Source: Thermosulfurimonas dismutans
GTDB taxonomy: Bacteria; Desulfobacterota; Thermodesulfobacteria; Thermodesulfobacteriales; Thermodesulfobacteriaceae
Assembly (NCBI RefSeq): GCF_001652585.1
Contig: NZ_LWLG01000001.1
Location: 330,001 to 362,000, forward strand
Reading direction: 5' to 3'
DNA length: 32,000 nucleotides
Position 1 is the first letter of the stretch, and each line of letters starts with the position of its first letter. The notes under the pieces are model-generated. The model was not told the origin of the DNA, ran no database searches, and was given only the letters and a program-made list of their open reading frames with translations. Shown in pieces: positions 11,164-20,155 of the stretch. A program made the position numbers and the translations under genes.

Positions 11164-12006
11164 ATGAAGTTGGGATGGATAGGAGCGGGGTCTTTGGGTA
11201 AGGCCATGCTGGAAAGGCTTCTCGGGGAGGGCTGGAAGCCCCTGGTCTGGAATCGTACCCCTGAGAAGCTGAAAGATCTGAAGGTGGAGAAAGCCTCCTG
11301 CCCAGAGGAGGTGCTTCGGGAAAGCGAGGTGGTGGCCCTGTGTCTTCACGATTCTTCGGCGGTAAGGGAAGTTCTCGAAAGGCTCGTCGGTAAAGGTCTT
11401 CATGGGAAGATTTTGGTGGATTTTACCACCAACCATTTTGAGGAGGTGGTGTCTTTCCATGAGATGGTATCCCACGCCGAGGGCAGTTATTTGGAAAGTC
11501 CGGTGCTAGGTAGCGTTATCCCAGCCTCCCGGGGAGAACTTACCATCCTGGTAAGCGGAGAGGAAGGCCCCTTCCGCAGGGTACAACCTCTCTTGGAGTG
11601 TCTCGGACGTAAGATCTTTTTCTTTTCTGAGCCCGGTAAAGCTAGTCGTTTCAAGCTAGTCAATAATCTAGTGTTGGGAGGGTTCCTTGCGGTTCTGTCC
11701 GAGGCCGTAGCTCTGGCGGAAGAGTTAGGGTTTGACCGGAGTGAGACGCTTGAGGTTCTTGAGAACGGAGCCGGGCGTTCGCTGGTGCTTTCCGCCAAGA
11801 AGGCCAAATTCCTCAACGAAGATTTCTCCCCGCATTTTTCGGTCAAGAACATGCTCAAGGATCTCGACTATCTGTCTGAGATGGCCCGCAAAGCGGGAAA
11901 GCCCCTTCCCATTATCTCGGAAATACGTGAGCTTTATAGAAGCGCCTTTCGTCGCGATCCAGAAAAGGATTTCCTCCTAGTGTGGAAGGTCCTGCGGGAA
12001 CTATAA
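11164..12006 (+). CDS. NAD(P)-dependent oxidoreductase, 3-hydroxyisobutyrate / 6-phosphogluconate dehydrogenase-like family
   Basis: GGAGGTGGGG SD precedes ATG 11164. N-terminal Rossmann motif MKLGWIGAGSLGKAM. Length is 280 aa. The C-terminal helical domain matches the family pattern (KLVNN...LAEA..LAE..G). Confidence 0.75.
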   Translation: MKLGWIGAGSLGKAMLERLLGEGWKPLVWNRTPEKLKDLKVEKASCPEEVLRESEVVALCLHDSSAVREVLERLVGKGLHGKILVDFTTNHFEEVVSFHEMVSHAEGSYLESPVLGSVIPASRGELTILVSGEEGPFRRVQPLLECLGRKIFFFSEPGKASRFKLVNNLVLGGFLAVLSEAVALAEELGFDRSETLEVLENGAGRSLVLSAKKAKFLNEDFSPHFSVKNMLKDLDYLSEMARKAGKPLPIISEIRELYRSAFRRDPEKDFLLVWKVLREL

Positions 12007-13122
12007 ACTCGCAAGGAAGGCGCAGCGAAGGCCGCCGTGTTCGGTAGTAAGGATTTGCCGGAAGCGAAGACCAGTGAGGCGCGAAAACTCCCGGGATCTG
12101 GCTTCGGGAAAGATCAATACGAGACGCCATCCCGAAAATCTATCCCTGAATATTTTTCCCAAAGTGCGATAGAAGACCACAAGGTTCCGGGATTTTAGGC
12201 GCTTTCCGTAAGGAGGATCGGTTATGATGTGTCCCGAACCCGGGCTCGGTGGCGAGAGTTCTTCTAATTTTATTTGAAAGGTTTCAACCCAGGGTTCAAG
12301 GCCTGAGGCCTGAAGGTTTTTCCGGGTAGCGGAAAGGGCCTTATCCGAAGCGTCCCCGGCAAAGATGAAGGGTTCCTCTGGAGGCGGGTTTTCGCAGGAC
12401 CGGGCCTCGGCCTTTATTTCTTCCCAGAGCCCGGAGTCAAAGTTCGGCCAGTCTTCAAAGGGGAAAGACCGGAGAAGTCCGGGGGCGCGGTTTGCGGCGA
12501 TAAGGGCGGCCTCGATGGGGATGGTACCGGTGCCGCAGAAGGGGTCAAAGAGGGGCGCGCAAGGGATCCAGCCCGAGGAAAGAATCAGGGACGCAGCCAG
12601 GTTCTCCCGGATGGTGGCCAGGCCCTTGCCCACCTTGTAGCCCCGCCGGAAGAGATCGCCCCCGGAGGTGTCAATACTTATGGTGCACAGGTCCTTCACG
12701 AATCGGACTACGATGAGGATCTCCTTTTCGGCAGCCTGAGTAAGGGCCCGTCCGAGACGATTCCCTAGGGCCGTAAGGACTCGTTCCTTGATGGCCCTCT
12801 CGTGATAGAGCTTTGAGCGATAGGAGGTCACCCGGAGCTTCACTCCGTAACCCTCGGGGATGTAGGTCTCCCAGGGATAGCGTTCGGTCTTGCGGATGAG
12901 TTCCGGAAAGGAGAGGGCCCGGAAACGAGCCACCCTGAGGAGAACACGGTTGGCCGTCCGCAACCAGAGGTTTGAAAGGTAGAGTTCTCTTAGACCGCCT
13001 TGGAAACGTACCCCTCCGATCTCAATCTCTCCTGAAAGACCAAGGCCCTTAAGCTCTTGAGCCACGAGCTTCTCAAGCCCTGGCGGAGAGACCGCAAAGA
13101 GTTCAAGGCTAGCCTCCCTCAT
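12001..13122 (-). CDS. THUMP-domain class I SAM-dependent RNA (guanine-N2) methyltransferase, RlmL/UPF0020-like
   Basis: N-terminal THUMP-like region; DPFCGTGTIPIEAAL (SAM motif I); ITDPPYG (the (D/N)PPY catalytic motif); GGAGGAACG SD before the ATG. Confidence 0.75.
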   Translation of the reverse strand: MREASLELFAVSPPGLEKLVAQELKGLGLSGEIEIGGVRFQGGLRELYLSNLWLRTANRVLLRVARFRALSFPELIRKTERYPWETYIPEGYGVKLRVTSYRSKLYHERAIKERVLTALGNRLGRALTQAAEKEILIVVRFVKDLCTISIDTSGGDLFRRGYKVGKGLATIRENLAASLILSSGWIPCAPLFDPFCGTGTIPIEAALIAANRAPGLLRSFPFEDWPNFDSGLWEEIKAEARSCENPPPEEPFIFAGDASDKALSATRKNLQASGLEPWVETFQIKLEELSPPSPGSGHIITDPPYGKRLKSRNLVVFYRTLGKIFRDRFSGWRLVLIFPEARSREFSRLTGLRFRQILTTEHGGLRCAFLASL

Positions 13123-13193
13123 CGTTCCTCCGAGTCTAACCCTTTTATATCTTTGGGCAATTATTCTGGAGGGCTTTTATTTATGAAAACTTT

Positions 13194-13223
13194 TTGACGT
13201 TGTCTATAGATTATCTTTAAAAT
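13194..13223 (+). promoter_or_regulatory. Promoter candidate for the molybdoenzyme operon
   Basis: TTGACG (13194-13199), 18-nt spacer, TAAAAT (13218-13223), 32 nt upstream of the ATG. Confidence 0.35.
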
Positions 13224-13255
13224 TCCGATAAAACCCCTTGTGAGGGAGGCGGGGG

Positions 13256-16200
13256 ATGCCCAGTCGACGGGATTTTCTTAAAATGGCGGGGATTGGCCTT
13301 ATGCTTGCGCCGGAAATCCTAAAGGGAGAGGCCAGAGGCGGAGTGAGGCTTCCGATGGTGGGCTATGATTCCAGGAAGTGCCTGGGGTGTCAGGCTTGTG
13401 TGCTGGCCTGTCAGAACGCAAGGGGCCTTTCCCCGGAAACGAGACTGATCGAGATCACGATTTCGGAGAAAGGCCGCTACCCGGAAGTTAAGCCGGAATT
13501 CAGGCTGCGGGTCATGGGGTGCGATTTCTGTATTATGAAGCTCGGTGAAGGGGAGGTTCCGACCTGTGTAAGGGTATGTCCCACCGGGGCGCTTAGCCTG
13601 AAAGGCTCTTACAAAATCAAGCCGGGAAACCTGCCCCTTTCAGGGACGGAAAGGGTGGTGCATACGGTGTGTTTGGCCTGTAACGCCCGCTGTGGCCTGA
13701 GGGTCCGGGTCAGGGGAGATGGGATTGCGGCCGTGGATGGCAATCCCTATCATCCCTATAACCGCGCAGGAAATCCCATCCCCTATGAGACCCCGGTGCG
13801 GGAGAGCCTTTCGGAGGCGGCTAGCACCTGCGGAAAACCCCAGTGTGATCGGGACTATTTAAAGAATACCTACCGGGTCCTTTTGCCCTTGAAGCGAAAC
13901 GGGCCCCGGGGCTCGGGCCGTTTTGTGCCCATCTCCTGGGATCAGCTTATAAGGGAGATCGCCGAGGGCGGAAAACTTTTTGCCCATCTCGGTGACGAGC
14001 GTCACTACCCGGGTCTCAGGGAAATACTTTCGGATGACCCCATTGACCCTTCTGCTCCAGAACTTGGGCCTAAGCGGAATCAGCTGGTCTGGCTTACCGG
14101 GCGCTCGCAGGCGGGCCGAAAGCACTTTATAAACCGGTTCGTGAAACAGGCCGTGGGGTCCGTGAACCACATCGGGCACACGGACATCTGCGGGATCGGT
14201 TTCCGGATGGGAAACTACATCCTTACCGACGGAAGGCAGGTGGAGCTTAAGGCCGATCTCAAAAATTCCCGTTATATGATCGTTTTCGGGGCCAACATCT
14301 TCGCCGCCGGGCAACCTGGAGTGAACACCGCCGGGGCTATCATAGCCCGTAGAGCCGTGGCCGGAAAGCTTAAAGTGGTCATCGTGGATCCTAGGGGGCA
14401 CGAGGGGCTAGCCATAGCCCACGAGTGGCTTCCGGTTAAGCCCGGGGAAGACGGGGCACTTGCCCTGGGGTTTTTGCGGGTCCTCCTTGAGGAAGGGCTT
14501 TACGATCGGGAGTTTCTGGAGCTTCCTTCAAAGGAAGCCGCTTTTCGTGCCGGGCGGAACCTTTACACCAACGCCACCCACTTAGTGGTGACCAATGCGG
14601 ACCATCCTCTTTACGGAAAAATTCTCAAAGTGAAGGATGTGGCCGGCGTTTCCGGAGCGGCCGAGGACCCAATGGTGGTTTCACCAGAAGGAAGGCTTTC
14701 TCCCGCCTCATCGGTGTCCTGCGGTGTGCTTGAGTGGGCCGGGGAAATTGAGCTTGCGGATGGCAGCCGAGTTCAGGCCAAGACCACCTTTCTTATTTTT
14801 AAGGAAGCCGTTTTTGAACATACGCTTGACTACTACGCCGAAAGATCGGGGATCCCGCGGGAGAAGATCGTAAAGATCGCCCGTGAGTTTGCGGCTCACG
14901 CCCCACAGGCCGCAGCCTTTGCCTATCACGGTGGCGGAAACTATCTGGGCGGGGCCTACGCCAGCTATGCCATTGCGCTTTTAAACGCTCTTGTCGGCAG
15001 TGTAAACCGTCGGGGAGGATATCTCCCTTCAGGTGGGGCCGCGGCCGACTGGCGGAGAGGTCTCTATGATCTTAAAGACTTTCCCGGGGCCTTAAAGCCC
15101 CGCGGGGTCAAGATCTCGCGTGAAAAATACGCCTATGAGAGGACCTCGGAATTCAAAAGAAGGGGGTATCCCGCGCCCCTTCCCTGGTTCCCCTTTACCA
15201 AGGGCGGCCTTTCGGTCTCGGCCATGGTGGGGATCGACCGCCAGTATCCCTACCCCGTAAAAATCCTTTTTACCTATTTCTTTAATCCGGTCTATAGCAT
15301 GCCGGGTGGGAAGAGGTTCGAGAGGACGCTCGCCGATCCTGAAAAGGTTCCTCTCCATGTCTCCATAGATGTCACCATAAACGAGACCAACATCTATGCA
15401 GACTACATTGTGCCGGATGTGACCTATCTTGAGGGGCACTACGGGTTTCTCAACCCCCACGCCCCGGGCGAGAGGTTCACCGCGGTGCGTACCCCGGTGG
15501 TGGAGCCTCTAACCGGCCGCACCCGGGACGGGCGCCCATTCTCGCTTGAGACCTTCCTCATTGATCTTGCGGAGTATCTCGGGCTTTCGGGGTTCGGGGA
15601 TAAGGCCATCCCGGGAGAGGACGGAAGGCTTTACCCCCTTCATCGGGCCGAGGATTTTTACCTGAGGGGGATTGCGAATCTTGCCGAAAACGCCGGGGTT
15701 CCTCCTGCGGCCGAGGAGGAAAGACGCTATGTGGAGGCCAACTATCCGGTTTCCCGCCATCGGGATCTTTTAAAGCCCCAAGAATGGGCCCGGTGCTGCA
15801 CGGTGCTCGCCCGGGGCGGGGTGTTTCTGTCTCCGGAGTCCCTCTTTGACGAAAACGGAAATTTTAAGAAGGGCCTTCCCTATGTGCTTTTCTGGAACGA
15901 GAAACTGGCAAGCTGTGGGGATGGTCTTTCTGGGAGACACTTCCACGGCACGGTTCGCTATCGGCCGGTCTCCATCCGTGGGCAGGAGGATTTCCCCTTC
16001 GTGCTTCTATCGCACAAGCTTGCCCTCCACACGCAGTCGCGGACCATCTGTTATCGGCAGGCCCTGGCCCTTTTCCCCGAGCCCCCGCTTCTCGTAAACC
16101 GGATGGATGCGGAGCGCCTGGGGCTTTCCGACGGGGATCGGGTGCGGCTTACCTCGGCCTCCTATCCCGAAGGGGTGATCGTGAGAATCATGGTCTCGGA

Positions 16201-16498
16201 AAGAATTCGGCCCGGATGCGTGGCCCTGCCCCATCACTACGGGCACTGGCAGCACGGGGCCTCGAAACTTCAGGTTTTGCGGGCTGAAGAGGTCTTTCTC
16301 GGGGGAGGCCGGGTGGCCCGTGGAGATCGGGTTCTTCCTGATCCGAGGAGGGCCCGCGGCGCAAATCCAAACCTTTTGAGTTTCCGTTCGACCGAAAGTT
16401 TTGATCTACCTCTGGTAGATACCCTAGGGGGCATTCCGGATTTCAGCCTCACCAAAGTACGGGTAGAAAAGGTCTCAACGGAGGGGAAAGATGCGTAA
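13256..16498 (+). CDS. Tat-exported fusion: 2x[4Fe-4S] ferredoxin domain joined to a TtrA-like (tetrathionate-reductase family) molybdopterin oxidoreductase catalytic subunit, 1080 aa
   Basis: Twin-arginine signal MPSRRDFLKMAG. Ferredoxin motifs CLGCQACVLAC and CDFC...CVRVCP. MopB FS0 motif CLACNARCG. Blocks that match my recollection of Salmonella TtrA: GNPYHP, PKRNQLV, NATHLVV, PWFPF, YIVPDVTYLE, RAEDFYLR. Confidence 0.8.
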   Translation: MPSRRDFLKMAGIGLMLAPEILKGEARGGVRLPMVGYDSRKCLGCQACVLACQNARGLSPETRLIEITISEKGRYPEVKPEFRLRVMGCDFCIMKLGEGEVPTCVRVCPTGALSLKGSYKIKPGNLPLSGTERVVHTVCLACNARCGLRVRVRGDGIAAVDGNPYHPYNRAGNPIPYETPVRESLSEAASTCGKPQCDRDYLKNTYRVLLPLKRNGPRGSGRFVPISWDQLIREIAEGGKLFAHLGDERHYPGLREILSDDPIDPSAPELGPKRNQLVWLTGRSQAGRKHFINRFVKQAVGSVNHIGHTDICGIGFRMGNYILTDGRQVELKADLKNSRYMIVFGANIFAAGQPGVNTAGAIIARRAVAGKLKVVIVDPRGHEGLAIAHEWLPVKPGEDGALALGFLRVLLEEGLYDREFLELPSKEAAFRAGRNLYTNATHLVVTNADHPLYGKILKVKDVAGVSGAAEDPMVVSPEGRLSPASSVSCGVLEWAGEIELADGSRVQAKTTFLIFKEAVFEHTLDYYAERSGIPREKIVKIAREFAAHAPQAAAFAYHGGGNYLGGAYASYAIALLNALVGSVNRRGGYLPSGGAAADWRRGLYDLKDFPGALKPRGVKISREKYAYERTSEFKRRGYPAPLPWFPFTKGGLSVSAMVGIDRQYPYPVKILFTYFFNPVYSMPGGKRFERTLADPEKVPLHVSIDVTINETNIYADYIVPDVTYLEGHYGFLNPHAPGERFTAVRTPVVEPLTGRTRDGRPFSLETFLIDLAEYLGLSGFGDKAIPGEDGRLYPLHRAEDFYLRGIANLAENAGVPPAAEEERRYVEANYPVSRHRDLLKPQEWARCCTVLARGGVFLSPESLFDENGNFKKGLPYVLFWNEKLASCGDGLSGRHFHGTVRYRPVSIRGQEDFPFVLLSHKLALHTQSRTICYRQALALFPEPPLLVNRMDAERLGLSDGDRVRLTSASYPEGVIVRIMVSERIRPGCVALPHHYGHWQHGASKLQVLRAEEVFLGGGRVARGDRVLPDPRRARGANPNLLSFRSTESFDLPLVDTLGGIPDFSLTKVRVEKVSTEGKDA

Positions 16499-17510
16499 AG
16501 TGATCCTTGGGTTCTTTTTGATTCTTGCGGTTTTTGGAACCGGAAACTGGGTGCGGGCGGAGAAGAAGATCTCGGGGCGGATGGTCTGGCGCTTAAGCAT
16601 CTCCCCTCCGCCCGGGGCCAAGAAAGCCCGCCTCTGGCTTCCCTATCCCCGGACGGACAGGTATCAGAGGATACAAGATCCAGAGGTTTTCGGTAATTAC
16701 GCCTATCACGGCCTTTTTACCGACGAGCACGGAAACCTCATTCTCTATCTCGAATGGGATCTTGACCGCACCACAAGGCCGGAGATGGTCCTTTCCTACC
16801 GGGTCTTGCGCTGGGAAGTGGTGCGGAATGATTTTCCTGAACCCCCTCAAAGCTTTAACCCCGAGAATTTCAAAGAGTTTCTTTCCGGAAACCGCTACGT
16901 AGAGGTTGGAGGGGAAGTTAGGAAACTAGCCTTGGAGATCACCCGGGGCAAGACCTCGGTTCGAGACAAGGCCCGGGCTATCTATGACTGGGTGGTGGAT
17001 AATCTCAGGCGGGATCCGAAGGTCAAAGGCTGTGGTAAGGGTATCGTTTGCAAGGTGCTAAAAAATCGGTGCGGGAAGTGTGCGGACCTCAACTCGGTCT
17101 TCGTGGCTCTGTGCCGGGCAGCTGCCATTCCGGCCCGGGAAGTCTTCGGTCTGAGGCTTGGCCAAGAGGGCGGGGAGAACCTCACTGGAGCCCAGCACTG
17201 CTGGACGGAGTTTTTCGTTCCAGGCTACGGGTGGGTGCCGGCTGACCCGGCCGATGTCCTGAAGACGGCCCTCATAAAGGGGCTCTCGCCCAGGGCTCCG
17301 GAATTGAGACCCGTGAGGGAATACTACTTTGGGGCCGTGGATGCCTACCGGGTGAAGCTCTCAGAAGGGAGAGACTTAATTTTCAATCCTCCCCAGGAAG
17401 GTGAGCCCGTAAACTATTTCGTCTATCCATATCTAGAGATAGACGGAAGGCCGGTGGATATCTTTCGTTCGCCAATTCTTGACTTTGAGATCACCTGGGA
17501 GAAGGAATAA
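16491..17510 (+). CDS. Secreted transglutaminase-like (Cys-His-Asp) domain protein
   Basis: The ATG overlaps the upstream stop (ATGCGTAA). Signal peptide MRKVILGFFLILAVFGTGNWVRA. Catalytic-core pattern GKCADLNSVFVALCRAAAIPAR...HCWTEFF...GWVPADPA. Confidence 0.75.
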   Translation: MRKVILGFFLILAVFGTGNWVRAEKKISGRMVWRLSISPPPGAKKARLWLPYPRTDRYQRIQDPEVFGNYAYHGLFTDEHGNLILYLEWDLDRTTRPEMVLSYRVLRWEVVRNDFPEPPQSFNPENFKEFLSGNRYVEVGGEVRKLALEITRGKTSVRDKARAIYDWVVDNLRRDPKVKGCGKGIVCKVLKNRCGKCADLNSVFVALCRAAAIPAREVFGLRLGQEGGENLTGAQHCWTEFFVPGYGWVPADPADVLKTALIKGLSPRAPELRPVREYYFGAVDAYRVKLSEGRDLIFNPPQEGEPVNYFVYPYLEIDGRPVDIFRSPILDFEITWEKE

Positions 17511-17521
17511 TATGTTTTGGC

Positions 17522-18061
17522 ATGGGAAAGATTATTTGGCTTCTTGCCGGAGTGGTCGTGCCTCTAATTCTCGTCAAAATAGCCTACGCTGTAAGCATGG
17601 TCTTGGTCCTTCCGAAAACCAAGGGAGCCCTCTTTGTCTCCACCTCACGTCGTAAGATCCGGGCCATTCTTGAGGCCGTCTCCATGAGTCCCGAGACCAG
17701 GCTGGTTGATCTCGGCTGCGGGGACGGGCGATTTCTGCGGGCGGCCTGGAAACGATACCAGGTGCGGGGTGTGGGCTACGAGATCAATCCCTGGGCCTAT
17801 TTTTTGGCCAGAGCGAAAAACGGACTCTTTCGGGTTCCGACAGAGGTGCGATTTAGGGATTTCATGAAAGAAGATCTCTCGTCTTATGAGGTAATTTTTT
17901 GTTATCTTTTTCCGGACGTTCTTCGAGAACTGTCGCCCAAACTCCGGCAAGAATTGCGAAAAGGGGCTATCGTGATCAGCTGTAACTTTCCTCTGCCGGG
18001 TTGGAGGCCTCAAAAGGTGATCCAGGAAGGTGATCCTATTTATATCTATCAGGTCTCCTAG
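17522..18061 (+). CDS. Class I SAM-dependent methyltransferase with an N-terminal transmembrane helix
   Basis: Starts 11 nt after the upstream stop. Hydrophobic N-terminus IIWLLAGVVVPLILVKIAYAVSMVLVL. SAM motif I LVDLGCGDGR. Confidence 0.7.
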   Translation: MGKIIWLLAGVVVPLILVKIAYAVSMVLVLPKTKGALFVSTSRRKIRAILEAVSMSPETRLVDLGCGDGRFLRAAWKRYQVRGVGYEINPWAYFLARAKNGLFRVPTEVRFRDFMKEDLSSYEVIFCYLFPDVLRELSPKLRQELRKGAIVISCNFPLPGWRPQKVIQEGDPIYIYQVS

Positions 18062-19707
18062 GAGGGCCAGGTTTGATCCAACAATTTCTGGATGAAGTCC
18101 GAAGGAAGGCCATAACGAGTCATGACCCGCCTGAAGATTTCGGTGGAGGCCACCAGTTCTTCGGCAACCACTTCGTCGGCTCCCAGATTTTTGAGAACTT
18201 CAATTTCAGTGGCAAACCTAGTCCTTGCAATGAGATAGACCTTGGGATTGATACGCCTTACTAAGGCAACCACAGCCCGGGCGGTCTTGGCATCAGGAAT
18301 GGTTACAGCTACCACACGTGCCATCTCTAGACCGGCTTCTTGCAGGATATACGCATTAGAGGCGTCGCCAAAGACGATAGGAGTCCCTTTCAGCTTTTCC
18401 CTTTTGACAGTCAAGGGGTTTAGTTCGATAACTACAAAAGGCAAGGAGGCCCTCTTGGCAGCTAAGGCTAAGGTGCGCCCAATAACTCCGAAGCCGATTA
18501 TAACCAAGTGGTCTTTGAAGAATTTATCTGAGGCTGAAGGTTTGGCTATGGCCCCCCAAAAGCGCCCGCCAAAACGTATCAAGAAGTTATAGCTCAAAGG
18601 CGTAAACAAGATGGAGAAGAGGGTAGCTGCAATGAAGATCCGGTGTTCTTCGGGTGAAAGGAGCTGGTATTTCAAACCTTCCTGGGCCAAGACAAAGGAA
18701 AATTCTCCTACTTGAAAGAGCAAGAGACCTGAAGTCAGGGCGATCTTGAAGGGATATCTCAAGAGCAAGACTGCTCCCAGAGCGATAAGACCTTTCAGAA
18801 CGATAATGCCCGAAGTGAGTCCTAGGACCTTGAGCGGCTGTTGCCAGAGTGTCTCCGGTGAAAGCAGCATGCCCACCGAGATGAAAAATACGCACACCAA
18901 GAGGTCCTTGAAGGGCAGGATTTCGGCTACTATCTGGGCGTGGTAGGGGCTGCGGGAAAGGAGGAAGCCTGCCAGAAAAGCACCCATAGAAAGAGAAAGG
19001 CCGGCCTTGTAGGTGATGAGGGAAATGCCTAGGCAAAGAGCGATCACGATCAAGAGAAAGAGTTCGCGGTTGCGGGTAAGAGCCACCTGATCCATGATCC
19101 AGGGCACCAGCTTGGTGCCCGCGATATAGAGGGCGACGAAGGCCCCTGCGCTTTTCAAGAACAGAAAGGGCCAGCTTTGGGTTTCCCCGCTCACATCCGG
19201 GTTGAGCAAAGGGATGGCCATGAGCATGGGTACCACCATGAGATCCTGGAAGAGGAGGATTCCCATGGCGATCTGTCCTTGAGGGGTCTCCAGTTCATGA
19301 CGATCCTGCAGCAAGGAGAGTACCACTGCGGTACTGCTCAGGGCCACCACCAGGCCCCAAAAGATGCTTCGGCCTAGAGTCAAGCCCGCTAATACTTGCA
19401 AGAGCAGAGTTACGGTCAAAGCCGTGGCCAGGATCTGAAAGGTGCCTCCCAGAAGGGCAATCCTCTTGAGGCGGGAGAGTTGGGCAGGCGAAAACTCGAT
19501 CCCGATAGTGAAAAGCAGCAAGATGACCCCGATCTCGGCCCAGAGGTGGATTTCTTCCAAGTTTTGTATAAGGGCTAGCCCCGAAGGCCCTATGAGGACT
19601 CCGGCCAGTATGAAGCCTATGAGGGTTGGAATACGCAAATGATGGGCTAAAAGACCAGTCAGAGCCGCAGAGCACAGGATAAGGACGATTTCTTGGAGTA
19701 GGGCCAC
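18058..19707 (-). CDS. CPA2-family cation:proton antiporter (Kef-type) with a C-terminal RCK/TrkA-N domain
   Basis: About 12 predicted TM segments. C-terminal Rossmann motif HLVIIGFGVIGRTLA...VVIELN. GTG start at 19707 with AAGGTGA 7 nt upstream. Confidence 0.85.
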   Translation of the reverse strand: MALLQEIVLILCSAALTGLLAHHLRIPTLIGFILAGVLIGPSGLALIQNLEEIHLWAEIGVILLLFTIGIEFSPAQLSRLKRIALLGGTFQILATALTVTLLLQVLAGLTLGRSIFWGLVVALSSTAVVLSLLQDRHELETPQGQIAMGILLFQDLMVVPMLMAIPLLNPDVSGETQSWPFLFLKSAGAFVALYIAGTKLVPWIMDQVALTRNRELFLLIVIALCLGISLITYKAGLSLSMGAFLAGFLLSRSPYHAQIVAEILPFKDLLVCVFFISVGMLLSPETLWQQPLKVLGLTSGIIVLKGLIALGAVLLLRYPFKIALTSGLLLFQVGEFSFVLAQEGLKYQLLSPEEHRIFIAATLFSILFTPLSYNFLIRFGGRFWGAIAKPSASDKFFKDHLVIIGFGVIGRTLALAAKRASLPFVVIELNPLTVKREKLKGTPIVFGDASNAYILQEAGLEMARVVAVTIPDAKTARAVVALVRRINPKVYLIARTRFATEIEVLKNLGADEVVAEELVASTEIFRRVMTRYGLPSDFIQKLLDQTWPS

Positions 19708-19730
19708 CCTTTCTCACCTTAGAAAGAACG

Positions 19731-20111
19731 GGGAGGGCCGGTCATAAGCCGGGTTCTGTAGCCTGCGGAGCCTTTCGACCCCCGCAGGTGGTGGTCATTC
19801 CTCTAGGCGGCCGGTTGCCCGGCCGCTCTAGCGGCCTACCCGGGGGCATCGGGCGGGCCACCCTCAAGCGCCCCCCTATGCGGCCTTTCTCCGGGCGGGG
19901 TTTGCCGTGCCTTCCTCCCTCTCGGGAGGAAGCGGTGGGCTCTTACCCCACCTTTTCACCCTTACCCCGAGGCCAAGCCCCGAGGCGGTCTGTTTTCTGT
20001 GGCACTTTCCAGGGGTTACCCCCTCCGGGTGTTACCCGGCGCCCTGCCCTGCGGAGCCCGGACTTTCCTCCGGAGGTCAAAGACCTCCGGCGACCACCGA
20101 CCGACCCTCCC
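19731..20111 (-). ncRNA. rnpB: RNase P RNA, bacterial type A
   Basis: The minus strand contains the universally conserved P4 strands GGAGGAAAGTCCGGGC and ACAGAACCCGGCTTA. It also has GGTAAGGGTGAAA and GGTAAGAGC motifs, and a P1 helix formed by GGGAGGGTCGGTC with GACCGGCCCTCCC. Confidence 0.93.
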
Positions 20112-20119
20112 AGAAATAA

Positions 20120-20147
20120 AATTTAAGACGGAGTAACCTATAAGCAA
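20120..20147 (-). promoter_or_regulatory. rnpB promoter candidate
   Basis: Minus strand: TTGCTT, 16-nt spacer, TAAATT, then 8 nt to the first G of P1. Confidence 0.4.
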
Positions 20148-20155
20148 GGGCGGGT

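Noticed and set aside
12001-12006. Two convergent gene pairs with overlapping stop codons: CTATAA at 12001-12006 and CTAG at 18058-18061. No room is left for terminators.
   Set aside because: This is real, but it is best explained by genome compaction. I see no extra structure or conserved element at either junction, so I do not report it as a system.
19788-20126. 112-aa and 70-aa plus-strand ORFs between kef and the NMO gene.
   Set aside because: The region is RNase P RNA on the minus strand, with both conserved P4 strands present. The ORFs are Pro/Gly/Arg-rich artefacts.
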